From assembly GCF_009914755.1 (NCBI RefSeq), contig NC_060928.1: a DNA stretch of 64,000 bases; one strand, given 5' to 3'. Both the position numbers and the translations under genes were made by a program. Under the pieces are notes generated by a model. That model was not told the origin of the DNA. It did no database searches and was given only the letters and a program-made list of their open reading frames with translations. The stretch comes from the human T2T-CHM13v2.0 reference genome, Homo sapiens. Positions 14,481-28,341 of the stretch are shown here, piece after piece (the first letter of the stretch is position 1; the number at the start of each line of letters is the position of its first letter).

Positions 14481-14607
14481 CTTATGGAAACTTTGTAATA
14501 CTGATCTATAATATTAACTCATTATTTTTTGAATGAGACATTCCTTCTACTTTCCATTTTACCTTTTACTTTATTATGTTTCTTTTCTTTTTTTTAAAAA
14601 ACCTGTC

Positions 14608-14745
14608 AGGTAGATACTTAAGTACCCAGATGATAAAATAGTCTGTACGACGAATGCCAAGTCACAAGTTTACCTATATAACTAACCTGCACATGTACCC
14701 CTGAACCTAAAATAAAAGTTAAAATATTTTTAAAAAGAAAAGAAA
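14608..14745 (+). mobile_element. L1PA (older) 3' end fragment
   Basis: GTTTACCTATATAACTAACCTGCACATGTACCCCTGAACCTAAAATAAAAGTT followed by an A-rich tail. Confidence 0.85.
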
Positions 14746-15869
14746 ATTTAAAACCTCTGATGATGGCAAGTTTTATCTGATTGAAATGGGACACATCAAA
14801 TATCTCTTTTTGTTACATGAGCATTCTTAGCATTGGTTAAGAAAAAAATGATGGTGGTTCATATTCTCAGAGGCTGAAAATTAGAAACAAATATTTTAGC
14901 AAAAAATATTCCTTTATATTCAGCTATCAGGCAACAATATTATTAAAAATATCACAACAAAACCGAAAACATGGTTAGGTAGGGGGTTAAGACACATTAC
15001 ATTTTAAAAATCGGAAATACCTTTCTTCTATCCCTAAGTCATCCTCGATGATTACTAAATCTTGTGAAATATTTCCTTTAATTTGAATTCAGCAGATGAC
15101 CAATGAAGTTTATGTTTATGTTATACTTTTATAGTTTATCGATGTTTAATTTCAGTCTTTTTGTCTTATATCAAAATGTACCAAACAATTAACATATCCT
15201 ACAAGGTCAGCTAGAATTAATAGTCTGTAACATTATCCTTGCAAACATCAGACAAGTTTGCTGCAGTTTATGTCTTTTGTGATTATGCTTCTATATCTGC
15301 ATTAACATAATGCATGTGCAGTCCACAAAAGAATGTATTAATTTGTTGAACTATGTTACCATTAACATAAAGTGTCAGGATAATAAAGTAGCAGATTCTG
15401 CATTTTGGTAGGAACCTTGAAAACAACGCCATTCATTTCTTAGTATAACTCATCTTTTCTATCTTTTTGAGATCATATACATTACTGATTAACTTGATTT
15501 CTCTGTGTAGAGTATTGAATTATCTGTGGTCTTGCTCCTTATGCTCAAGACACATATTGGTGTTTGGAGCAAAGACCCAAGGCAGGTGAAGTAGCTCAGA
15601 AACTATACAGTTGCAAATGGCTGTCTATGCATGTGAGTTGTTGACCTCGAGAGGAATTAATAAAAAACAAGATGATGTATTTAAATTCTCTGATGATTGT
15701 GATATCTCTACAACATTAACAATTCAATTAAAAATATATCTCTTTTATAAGGACAAAAAAAGGATCTGTTTTCTTCTTTTATACTGAGAAGTCAGGTAAC
15801 ACACCTCTCAAAGAATTTGCAACTGACATAGGAATAACAGTAAAACATAATGGGGGTGTTATCATTATA

Positions 15870-16050
15870 ATGACTATTTACTAAGTGCATATTTTATCTC
15901 TTTTAATCCCATCAAGTAAGGGGTTAGTGTTTTGGTTTTAGATACAAGAACACAGTAGTTCATACAGGGTTAAAACTTGCTAATGTACACAAAGTTTATA
16001 ATGACAGAGCAGGGATCCAATCTCTGACTTGTGTGACTTAAATAATGCCA
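15870..16050 (-). mobile_element. MIR fragment
   Basis: Degenerate reverse MIR core (TTTTAGATACAAGAACACAG...AGGGTTAAAACTTGC...GACAGAGCAGGGATCCAA). Confidence 0.45.
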
Positions 16051-16429
16051 TGCTATTTTGAAAATAGTATTTACTTTGTCTGTAAGTAGAATTGATAAAA
16101 ATTATTATTATTATATTTATCCGTTTTATACATAGTTTGAAAGTTTTAACAAATTGAGTTTGGATACCATCATTCCTCCACAAAGAATATATGGGTAGGA
16201 TTAATAAATGAAGAACCTAGTAAGAAATGATAGATAGCAAAAAATAGAGGGTCACAAAGTTTGATTACTTTGTAAATAATTCAAAACAATTGTTTTAACT
16301 ATGTATCAAATAGGACTCAACTAGATATCTGATTTTAAGAAAATTAAGAGTCAAAAAACAAAGAAACTAAAAACATGTTTCGTATACTAAAAAACTGCTT
16401 AAACAATTTAAAACATCTATTAGTAAGGG

Positions 16430-17300
16430 TAAAGACTTCTGCTGATGAACAAAATGGCTTAACTAGAACCAGATTTAACTTTCCACAATAAAAATTTAAA
16501 AGTACATATCTATATAACTCTTCAGACATTGGACAACAGGCAATGCAGGACTATGATCCCTTAGAGAAGGGAGAGAAATGTGGTGAGCCCTGGAATCATC
16601 TTGGCTTTCCTCCTGAAGGCATTTTCTAGGACACAATACAAGGAGAAGAATTCCAGGCTGAACAAGGGAACTCAATGAGTTGAGGAATTGGCAATAGCAG
16701 TTAGAGGCGCAGAGGTGCTTAGAAATTTCAGCATAATGTTCTGGGCACTTGGGAGCTATGCAAAAAATGGATTCCAGAAATTTGCATAAGGTCCTCTTTG
16801 AGGGTTTCCTGAAGATTAGATTGCACATGAGAAATTTGAACCTCCCAAGGATAGACAAAGAACAACCAGAGAATTTTAAACTGAAAATTTCCAGAGCACA
16901 ATACAAGGTGGGGAGATGTTCAATCTCATACCAGACAAAATGAAATAACCTCAATGATCACTCAGAGCATTAAGAGACAGCCCAGATGAACCATGAATTA
17001 GTAGTGGAAGTGAACTATCTCTGGAGTAAAGACTTTTCTAGATTCACCCTAGCAAATATTAAAAACAGAGCTAAGAAGTGTCAACATACTCAGCACATAA
17101 CTCAATTGTCTTCCGAAACAAAGCACTATGCTTTTTAAAATAAGGCATGAATCTTCCAATCAAAACTTCCTATGCAGGCCAAGAGCAAGATAATGTGACT
17201 CAATCAGAAGAAAATTCTGTTGAGAAATAGATCCATAAATGACAAAATGGTGAAACTAGCAGAAAAAAGATGATTTAAAAAAACATTATAACTACAAACA
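16430..17300 (+). mobile_element. Old L1M 5' region fragment (L1MC/MD-like)
   Basis: TTCAGACATTGGACAACAGGCAATGCAGGACTATGATCCC and downstream AGAAATAGATCCATAAATGACAAAATGGTGAAACTAGCAG motifs. Confidence 0.6.
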
Positions 17301-17399
17301 AGTATTTAAGAATCCCAGATTTTTCCCCCATGCTCCCTCTTCATATAAACTACATTTTCTTACCTCTCTCAATTAGTTTAATTAAGCCAATTATTGAAA

Positions 17400-18950
17400 A
17401 TTATATAAATACAATAAAATTGTATATAATTACTGGTTACTTATTATTTTACCTAATATTACCTCAGCGAGATTCATTATTTTTATTACATGTTGCACTA
17501 AGTTTTTCCCCATTGATCCATAGTACTACATTATCCAAATAATCCACATTATATTTATTAATATATTGGTAATTGCCAAATGGCCAAGTGAATTGTCTTC
17601 ATTTTTTCAGCTATGATAAATAGTCTTATGAAAATTCTAATGCATGTCTTTTAGTACACAATTGCATATTCCTTTTGGGTAGTAGTAGAATGGCTAGAAG
17701 TGGGATGGCTGGAAAATTGGGTATACATATATTCACATTTGGTAGACACTTCTAAGTTGTTTTTCAAAAGAATTTTAACAATTAAAAATACCTACAACTT
17801 TTGGGAGTTTCAATTCTTACACATTCCACTATTACTGAGTATTCTATCAGTATATATTTTTTCTCTTTTGTAGCCGTTCTTGTAAGATCATCTCATGATT
17901 CTTTTTATTTTTATTTTTCTTCTGACTAAAAAAGGTTGAACATCTTTTGATATTCTTGTAGGATATTTGGATATCCTTTTCTGTTAATTACCTGTTCAAA
18001 TATTTTATTCATTTTTCTTTCGTGGGGGAAAGGAATAATTTATCATTTTTATTGACTCATTGGAAAACTATGTATTCTACATATAACTTCTTTTCACACA
18101 TATGGACTGCAATATCTTCTCACATTTTGTGTAGGTTTGCTCTATTTAAAAATAATGCACTTTTTAATCGTTAATGTTATCAATTTATGTCTTTGCATGG
18201 TTATTTTTTAAATTGGTTTAAGAAATCGTTACATATCCTGATTTCATGAATATATTTTTCTTTGTTATGTTTACCAGCATTATAATTTTACCTTCACATT
18301 TAGGTCTATGTTGTGCCTGAGATTCATTGGTACATATGATGTATGGCAGAAGTCAAGGTTTAATTTATTTTCCAAATTTGAAACCCCACTACAGCCAAAA
18401 CATTTTGTTGAAAGGAACATTGTCACCTCACTGCATTTCAATGGCACTTTTCTTATAATCTACTGAATGCATATGTGTAGGCCTCTTTCTGGAATCTACA
18501 GTCTGTTCCATTGGTCTATTTGTCTCTGTGCACTAACGCTCCACTGCTTTAATTACTGAAGCTTTGGAATAATTCCTTCAATTTTCGTCTTCAAACTTAG
18601 GTCTCTTTTCTTTGCCTTTGGCATATCCATATGAACTTTATAATCACCTCTTTAAATCAATATTATAGTCAGTTTCAATAACAAAATCTGCTGGCATTTT
18701 ATTTGGGATTGCATTTAATATAAAGGGTGGATTGTGGAGAATTAACAGTTTAACCTTCAGTTAATCTGTATGATATATGCCTGATTTAAAGAGGTTATTG
18801 GAATTTCTGTCAGTAATGATAAATAGTTTAGGGTATATGTCATTCACAGTGTTTAATACATTTAAGAGTTATTTGATGTTTTTTGATCCTATTATAATTT
18901 TTATTTTTTAAATTGACTTTTCCAGTTTTGTGACCATTTCTTAGAAGTGT
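17400..18950 (-). mobile_element. Old L1M ORF2/3' fragment
   Basis: Reverse ORF2 motifs TCTGTTCCATTGGTCTATTTGTCT, CTGCTGGCATTTTATTTGGGATTGCATTTAAT, TTCACATTTAGGTCTATG. Confidence 0.72.
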
Positions 18951-20904
18951 AACTGAGACTGGAGAGGTTCATTTCAGAAAATGAACCATGATTTGAAACT
19001 TAAAGTCTAATTAGAATGCTATTGTAAGAGTAACCAATAAGTACATGGATTCTGCCAAAGGTTTCAAATAAGTCAAAAAACTATTATATCAGCGCTAAGT
19101 GCATTTAATGGAAGAGTAGGAGACAACATTATGTGGTTATCTAACCCCAGGAATCGTGCTTGTTCAACATACAGCTTCTGGAACTATGGCAATCATATCA
19201 AACAAATTAGAGACTTTGTCAAGTGTTTTCTTTAGTAAAGGTGTGTATTGGGAGAGTGTTTTCTCATTACTTTAACATTATTTGTTTGCCTGTCTCAATG
19301 AAGTTTATAAACTAAATAGTTGAATTTTTGAAAGTGTTATTTGACAGATATTCGCTATTTAGATGGACATTTCCATTATAGGTGAGTTATAGATTTATTT
19401 ATATTTCTTAACATTGATTTATTTTCCTTTACTAAGATATTGACAACATGTTTATGTATGAATACTATTTTCATCATTTTTATGATTCTCAAAAATAAAA
19501 TATCAAAATAGAACTGAAATGCTGCTAACTGCTCTGGTAGACAACATAAGCTTTCATTTTGCTGGAATGTTCCCACTTCATACTACCTGACAATAGCCTC
19601 TTGTAATTAGCACCCTCATTTGAGTTTCTTCTTCAATTTCTGATTTTATTTTAAGGATAACATATTTTCCCAAGACACAAGAATTCTTATCATTCTGATT
19701 TTTTTTCTTCCAGTTTTATGAGAAAAATCATGTGTCCTCCAGAATCAGAGGGAAATTACACTTTTTATCCATTATCTTTTTCTCTCTCTTCTTGTTTCCT
19801 TGTATTTTCTATATTTTCTTTCTTCTTGTTTTCTTCTATTTTACACTCCCTAAGGAAAATCTTTCAACCCAAGGGAAAACCCCTAATTCTATCTGCAAGT
19901 CCTCTGTTTATTGAAAGAGTTACAGAAAATAAACACAGATGTCAGAGTCAGGAAGAATTTACCCCTGAACCTGTTTTCTTTACTGCACCTCATATGATAG
20001 TATGGAGCCCTGCTTTCTGTTGTGAACTGTGTTTCTTCCAGCCTAGACACCTAGGAATATTAGTAGAAGAATAATGTTTGTGGATCTCATGACTAGTTGC
20101 CTGTCAAGACCATGTTAGAAGAAATAATAGATTTTTGATTGTTTTTTCTAATTGCAATTATTCTTGACAGAAGCAGCAGGTAGTTCTTTGAGTACAGTTC
20201 CAAATACTTTATGACAACTTAGCGTGTCTCCATTTAGCAATCTAATATAGCAAATAAACTAAGTCCTATTTTTTTTTAATCAAGCCTAAAGCTAAAATTC
20301 ACTACTTGTGAAGGGCTTTCTCTATGGCTTTTGCAACATCTTTTATATAATGAATATTTTATTAAAACCTATTTTTACTTAATAGAAACATTAAAGATCT
20401 GTGGCTGTTCAAATAAACTGTTATATCTCAGAAATTATTATAATTGACAAATTGGATGCCATCTCTTGAAGGCTCCTAAAAAGAGAGGCATTAAAGAAAT
20501 ATGATTCATTTATCCATTCTTACTTTTTAATTGACCTTGTTTGAATATCTGCAAATTTGATCAACAAGGATGGATGACATATGCTAGTCTGAACCTTCTC
20601 CTTCTCTGTCTTGGGTCTAAAAGTGAGCTTGTTGAAATAGCTTGTAAAAAAATTTGATTTTCTGCACCAATTCTTTATGTAATAAAATTAAATTATTTAT
20701 ACTTTCTACTCTTCTAAATCATATAATGCCTTTAGAGAAAGCAGTTTTTATTCCATGTTGTTGCTAGTAGCAACAGACATTTAATTCAGTAAACTTACTA
20801 GATTGTGGAAAATAATCAACTCTCTTTGGAGAAATAAAACAAAGAGGTCTGTTTGATTTTTCTATTAAAATGATATGTTTTGTGTTTCTACATCTTAGTA
20901 AACT

Positions 20905-21080
20905 ACATGTGGCACTCAGCAAATTATTTAGCCCCTTGAATCTCAATTTCTGCATTTATAAAATGAAAGTAACATTAGTACCAATTCCATCAGCTTGTTT
21001 TGAGAATAAATTGGAAAAATTTGTAAAGTGTTTACCATATGTCCAGCATCTATTACATACTAAATACATTCTAGCTATTA
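20905..21080 (+). mobile_element. MIR
   Basis: Core TCTCAATTTCTGCATTTATAAAATGAAAGTAACATTAGTACC...TGAGAATAAAT. Confidence 0.7.
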
Positions 21081-21253
21081 GTACAGCTAATATAGGATTC
21101 TATTCATTTAAAGTATCCAATCATTTAAACTTGCCATTCTTTAATGAGCCTGCATTGTTTAAATTCTTTATTACTTGAATTTGAAGACAAGAACAATTGT
21201 ATTCAACTGATAGCTCAATTGATTTCTTGGAGTAGTTGAGACACTGAATTTTG

Positions 21254-21309
21254 ATATATATATATATATACACACACATACACACACACACACACATACA
21301 CATACACAC
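21254..21309. repeat. (TA)n(CA)n microsatellite
   Basis: Read directly from sequence. Confidence 0.95.
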
Positions 21310-21449
21310 TTGGAATTTGTATTATGGCCCAATAAATACTTTTTAAATTAATAAATATAATCTGTTAACATGTATTTAGAAAGTAGTAGAAAAGTTCATC
21401 TCAGTATCTGCTAAGAATTGATGAAATCCAAATTTTATTCCTTACTCCC

Positions 21450-22447
<998 letters not shown>

Positions 22448-22794
22448 TTAAAGTATCTTCCAGTTTAAAATATCTATGACAAAGTTTCTAATGAGTGATA
22501 CTCAGCTCTGGGGATTGGCATAGATCCCAGAGCCTGGTAAAAGCTGGAGATGCCAGAATAAGACAAGCTCACACAGGAGAACTTATGTGTAATTAGGTGG
22601 GAATTTTGGATTGATATTTAGCTGAAAATTTTAATTTTGCTATTTAAAATTGAAATAAATCTTATGACTTGTAAAATATCAGATTACAGGAAATAATTCC
22701 TCTAAAGCTGATTAATTTTTTATTTAACTATCTTCCGTATATGGGGCATATGTAAGGTTAAAAAACTCTAGAAACTAGTTGACTTCGGTAATTC

Positions 22795-23050
22795 TATTAA
22801 GTCTTCAGTACCTCAATTTCTTCACCAGTGAAGTGGGAATAAAAATATATATCACTAAGTGAGGGTGAAATAAGGTGATATAGATTATGCCTGTTGGTAA
22901 ACCTGTAAGCCCTCAGCAGATACTTGTTAGTATTCCCTCTGTCTCTAGACTGCAGAATTTTTCTGTTTTTTGAGGGGGAGAGTGTTTCATTCATCACTGT
23001 CATCGAGTTTCAACACCTGTCTCATAGTAGGTACTCAATAAATGTTACAA
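22795..23050 (+). mobile_element. MIR plus L2/MIR 3' end fragments
   Basis: CCTCAATTTCTTCACCAGTGAAGTGGGAATAA and CATAGTAGGTACTCAATAAATGTT. Confidence 0.6.
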
Positions 23051-23991
23051 GCTAATAGGCTTGGATGTCTGCATTGGTAGATTTTAGCTTTAGTCGTGCA
23101 GCCTTCAAAATTTCCATGATTCTATTTTAGTCTTCATGGAATTGTGATTGAGACTGTCAGCCAAGACTAATGAGAATAAGGTGAAGAAATTTTATTAACT
23201 TTTAAACAAGCTCCCAGCCTTTCTAGGGAGCCTCTGGTGATGAGTCATCATGCTATTTCTGTATGGCTATCAAGGCTGAGTTCAGAATAGAATCTTTGGT
23301 TGTGACAAGATGCTTTTATATAACATTTTATATAATACTAAAATGATATTTCAATTCAGATTTTATTTCAGAAAAAACACATCCAAAAAAAGAGCAAAAG
23401 AAGCTTAGAGAAAATGTTAATCCTGGAAAATAACTACATATCTTCATAAAATAATGAATGCAGTATTTAATAATATGCTGTCAAAGAAAGCTCAAAAATA
23501 GGATTTGGAAGTCTCAAATTCTTGTCCTTAGTATCTAACAACCTTTGTTATCTTGGGCACATTTTTACCCTGTTAGAAGCTTGATTTCTTTAGAGGAAGA
23601 CTTTTGAACCAGACATTTTTCAGTGTCTCTCACAAAACTGTGGATATGGACACTGAAAGAAATTCTCATTGCATTCTTTTACTCTCCTTGATATTCATGA
23701 CAATCTGTTTTGTCCAGAGCAATTTTCAGGCATGTGACACATATATTCTAAGGTTATGCTTCTCAATACTTTATTTTTATTTACCATCAATGAAAAAATT
23801 TCAAATTGTATATTGAGAGGCACTGTTTTTCAAAGCTTCCAAAATTTTCAAACAGCAATGTAAATGGGCTTTTTTAGGGATATAACAGAGAACAATAATT
23901 TCTTCATTTGTTCTGTGGTTGGATTGGTGGTATCATTTAGCAGCCATATAAACCAGACTGCATATAGCTTTAAGCTATATATAAAAATAAA

Positions 23992-24004
23992 ATATATATA
24001 TATA

Positions 24005-24043
<39 letters not shown>
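23992..24043. repeat. (TA)n(TG)n(TA)n microsatellite
   Basis: Read directly from sequence. Confidence 0.95.
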
Positions 24044-24045
<2 letters not shown>

Positions 24046-25009
24046 TTTTCCTTTTGTACAAGCCACAGGAATCTAGGGACTATACTTATATCTGTATAGT
24101 ATAATATACTGGACTATAGAGTGACAGGCTCTGTAAACAAGTGTTTTATTTTAGAACTTAAGCTAAAATCTACTTTTTAAAAATTATTGAAACTTTGATA
24201 GAACATAATATTAAATTATTAAGAAAACAAATTTCAAGTGTCTGATGCCACCCAGGTTTACTGAATGATGGCAATGAAACCTCAGGATTGATTTGAGACT
24301 AGTGCTGGGTGAAGCATCTCTGAATGCTAATCAATTTATCTGGCTCACATGCAAGGTATAGGCTCAAAATAATTTCAGTTCCCAATTCAGCTGGGGTACT
24401 GTGTTAATTATAAATTGAGCTTAAGATAATAACGTTTAGATAATTAGTTCCTTTGTAAACTTCACTTGTAATAAGCTGAAGCTGTCTTCTCTTTAAATAT
24501 GGCTTCTTCACACACAAAAATTGGTTTTATAGTAAGCATAGCACATACTTTATGTCATCTGTATTTGAAAGCAAACTCTCCAGGCTTAGTGGAATAAAGA
24601 ATTCAGAAGTCATGGAAATGCCATTATTGTTAAGAAAAAAACTATTAACCTGAAACATTTCACTAAAGGTAACCATAACTATATTCACTAGGTCTACAAA
24701 GCAAGAAAATAATTAAATAAGAAATGTTTTCCCTGCTATGTTTTTCTGAACCATGCTGATAATATGCAACACACACCTATTGACATGTGCCTAATTCTTG
24801 GTTGACCATTCTTTCCTTTACCAGTGAAGAAAGGGTTTGTAAGTTTCTATTTTGTTGAGATAACTTTATATTTGCTGCAATTAATTTGGGCTGTCATTTA
24901 TTATTGCTCATGTATTTTTTATTGTGAAATATATCATCCACGTAGGGTAGTAAATACATAGTAAATAAGCATATTAAAGCATTAAATAATAAAGCAAGCA
25001 GGTATCTAC

Positions 25010-26460
25010 CACCTTGTTCACAAATCAGTAACTTTCCAGTAACCTGGATGCTGTTTCTTTCTGATTGCATCAGCCTGCCACTCCCAGAAGTATTCATTGT
25101 GTTGTCACTTTTTATACCTTTTTTTCACTTTGTTTTAGATATACTATATCTGTATATATCCCTTAACTATATCTATCTTTCCTGTCTTTAAATGTTATAC
25201 AAATGGAATTGCACTGTGTATAATAATGTTTAATTATTTTTTGCTCTGTTTTATTTATTAGAGTTATCTATGCTGTGTCATGTAACTGTAGTTTATTTTT
25301 GTTGTTGATGAAATTTATGATGATGATATTATTCTATTATATTATTCACTCTATGTTCTTATTAAATATAATGATATCAGTATCAGGTTATTAGTGATGG
25401 ACCTCAGATATAAATCTATGTTGTCTGGCTCCAAATACTGTACTCTTAAACATTATATGCATTATTACACACAATAATGCTGCAATATGTATTCTACATA
25501 CACCCCAGTGCAAATATATAATAATTTACCTAACATATAAATTTATGACTGAAATTGATGGGTTGTAGGCTATGTGAGAATGCAAATTCATTAGACCATT
25601 TAAAAAATTTTCCAAAATGGTGATAAAAGTTTATAAGTCACAATGGCATATGAATATTCCTCTTGCTCCATTTTCTAGCCAAATTAAACATTTAAATTTG
25701 TTCTAATCTTATCTGTATTCAGTGGCTTTACAGTGTGATTTAATTTGAATTTTTAGTAACTGGTAAACAGCTTTTCACTTGTTGACTGCCTAATTGGATT
25801 TTTTCTTTTGTAAAATGCCCATTAAAGGCTCCTGCCTATTTTTAAATGGAGTCTCTCTCATTTTCTTATTGAATGTAGTTTTCAATATTTTAATAATTAG
25901 TTATTTTTTCAGATGTATAAATTGCAAATATTTGTTCACAGTCAGTGTTTTCTACACTGCCTTTGTGGTGTAATGATTTGCAATGCTGTTGAATGCATTA
26001 CCTTTTTTTTTTAATTAGCAGCTGTTTGTGATCTGTTTTAAAAAACTATCACGGAACCTTAAGTCACAAAATATTCTTTTTTATTATCTTCTAAAATACT
26101 TGTAATTTTGCTCTTCACATGTGAAATCCTGATGCACAAGGAACTGATTTTTATGTATAGTGTGATACAAGAGCCTAGGTCAATAATTCCCATATTTAGA
26201 TATTCAATATTCTAAGCAGCATTTGTTTATTTGTTGGCAGTATTTTATTTAAAAGCCCATCTTTTTATTAATGATCTCTTTATTAATGATTTATGACAGT
26301 GCCACCTCTGTCATAAATTGAGTGACCATCTGTGCATGGAAGTATTTCTACTATGTGTCATCTGTCTGTACCAGAACTTTGTTTTCCTTCAAGGGTATCT
26401 TGGCTATTCTGAGTCATTTTAACTTCCAAATAAATTTTTAAGTCAATTTTTTTAGTTTTT
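25010..26460 (-). mobile_element. Old L1ME fragments
   Basis: T-rich reverse L1 3'/ORF2 motifs (TATACAAATGGAATTGCACTGTGTATA, GAACTGATTTTTATGTATAGTGTGA, TCTTGGCTATTCT). Confidence 0.62.
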
Positions 26461-27309
26461 CTATTTATATTTTAATCCAAGCACCATTAATAACTAAATC
26501 ATGACACTTAATCGGTTATGGAAGAGTTGTACCTAGCATCAATTTCAAGAACCAACTTATTTAGAGATTTGATTCTTTAGACAGCCACTTAGTTCCAGTG
26601 TTTTTCTGGGCTTCAAATTGTACTTTTCTACCTACTGAACCTACTTAGAGTTGAGTTCAATCTTTCTGGACAAGTGTTAACTTGTCCAGTCCAATTTTTA
26701 TTTGAACAGAGAATACATAATGAGAATAAAACTATGTCAGAAGTAAGAAATTATAAAAAATTTTGGGAATATTTATTCATTTGTTTTTACTTATGAAAGA
26801 ATATTTCTAGAGAACATAACTTTGCAGTAGTTGGATATAGTTAAAATTTCAGTGAATTGAATAATGAATTCCTCTGATTTTAACTTAATGTGTTACAACG
26901 CAATTTGTAAGGCATTGGAGATAACATTAGCTCACCCTTGAAAATAAGTTCTCCCCAGTACTGGAAGGGTTTTTGCTAACATATGCAGCTCTAGTCTACA
27001 ATATAATGGAGTTTAAAGATGTGCAGTTTTAACAAGGTCTCAATATGTTACTTTTTACAAAGAAGCTAAAATTGGTCGATTTTAACTAAGGAGGATATCA
27101 GGGACCTATAATTACCCGAGGATTGTAGTTCAAGAAAGGGCTTAGGCAGAAACAAATCATTTTTCAATTAGATTGTTTTCTTAAACACTTTCTGTAAATG
27201 TAGGGAACACAGGAATACATTACAGGTATCTTTGAAATTTTTAGAGATATGAGCAAGATAGAAATACTTGTTCTTCTTTTACTGGACTTACTTTCTAGTC
27301 TTTGTCTTC

Positions 27310-27515
27310 ATAGGGTAACACTGATGAGCTGTAAATGCTTAACAGTTAGCTCTCAAGAGGACCAAAAAAAAACAAAATCCTAATGTGTAGTGTTTGCCAA
27401 TATCCATGATATAAATACTCAAGCTTCTAGAGTGACATCACTGAATAAGGAGTTGGGAAGAGACATGCACAACCAACTCTTCCAAACTGCTATGAGCCTG
27501 TTTCAGCATACTAAT
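27310..27515 (-). mobile_element. MER63-like hAT-Blackjack DNA transposon fragment
   Basis: TGACATCACTGAATAAGGAGTTGGGAAGAGACATGCACAA resembles the reverse complement of the MER63 5' end. Confidence 0.6.
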
Positions 27516-27544
27516 AGTTACAGATCAAATTTAGCATTAATGAA

Positions 27545-28341
27545 TCTCTACTTACCAATTCTGGTTATCTCCTTGCAGACAGTAAACAGAATTGTGTTTT
27601 CTTGCCCCCTTGTGGTTGAGTAAGGCCATGTGACTAGTGCTGGCCGAGGAGTGATAGTAGAGGTGTACAGTACAGGACAGTACAGTAGAGGTGTACAGAT
27701 AGTAGAGTAAGACAAAATAAGATAATATTTTGTCTTAAGTATTGAACTGCCTTTGAAAGACCCTCCAGAGCTCTATTTTGCCTCTGCCAAGGTCATGAGC
27801 ATCTGTCTTGTCATCACTTCAGTCTTAGAGTCAATATGAAAACCAAAGGGAGAAAAATAATCTGTGATAGACACGTAATATGAATGAGCATTAAGTCTTT
27901 GTTACACTGAACCACCGAAATGTGAGGATTGTTTGTCACTGCAACATAACTGATATGGTTTGACTCTGTGTCCCCATCCAAATCTCATCGTGTAGCTTCC
28001 ATAATTCCCTGGTGTTGTGGGAGGGACCCGGTGAGAGATGACTGAATTATGGGGCAGATCCTTCCCATGCTGTTCTCATGACAATGAATGGGTCTCACGA
28101 GATCTGATGGTTTTAAAAATGGGAGTTGCCCTCTGCAATTTTTCTTTTTGCCTGCTGCCGTCCATGTAAGATGCGACTAGCTCCTCCTTGCCTTCTGCCA
28201 TGATTGTGAGGCCTCCCCAGCCATGTAGAATTGTAAGTCCAATAAACCTATTTCTTTTGTAAATTGCCCAGTTTCGGGTATGTCTTTATCAGCAGTGTGA
28301 AAACGGACTAATCAATAACCTAGCCTATTCTGCCTGATAAA
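27545..28341 (+). mobile_element. MLT1 (I/J-like) MaLR LTR, interrupted by THE1
   Basis: GGCCATGTGACTAGTGCTGGCC; 3' end TTGTTTGTCACTGCAACATAAC|CTAGCCTATTCTGCCTGATA continues across the THE1. Confidence 0.7.
27951..28314 (+). mobile_element. THE1 (B/C) MaLR solo LTR
   Basis: TGATATGGTTTG...CCCCATCCAAATCTC to GAAAACGGACTAATCA. 5-bp TSD ATAAC. Confidence 0.94.

Noticed and set aside
19694-20074. Strong-looking splice acceptor (TTCTGATTTTTTTTCTTCCAG at 19713) and 118-aa ORF
   Set aside because: The ORF is low-complexity and F/S/L-rich from pyrimidine tracts, there is no convincing paired donor, and such motifs are common in AT-rich DNA.
26273-26290. Short tandem duplications (TTTATTAATGAT x2; also CCTGGGTGTG x2 ~30154, CCTTGTGAT x2 ~45418, AAATGTGAAATT x2 ~63665)
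   Set aside because: Ordinary replication-slippage duplications with no higher-order pattern.
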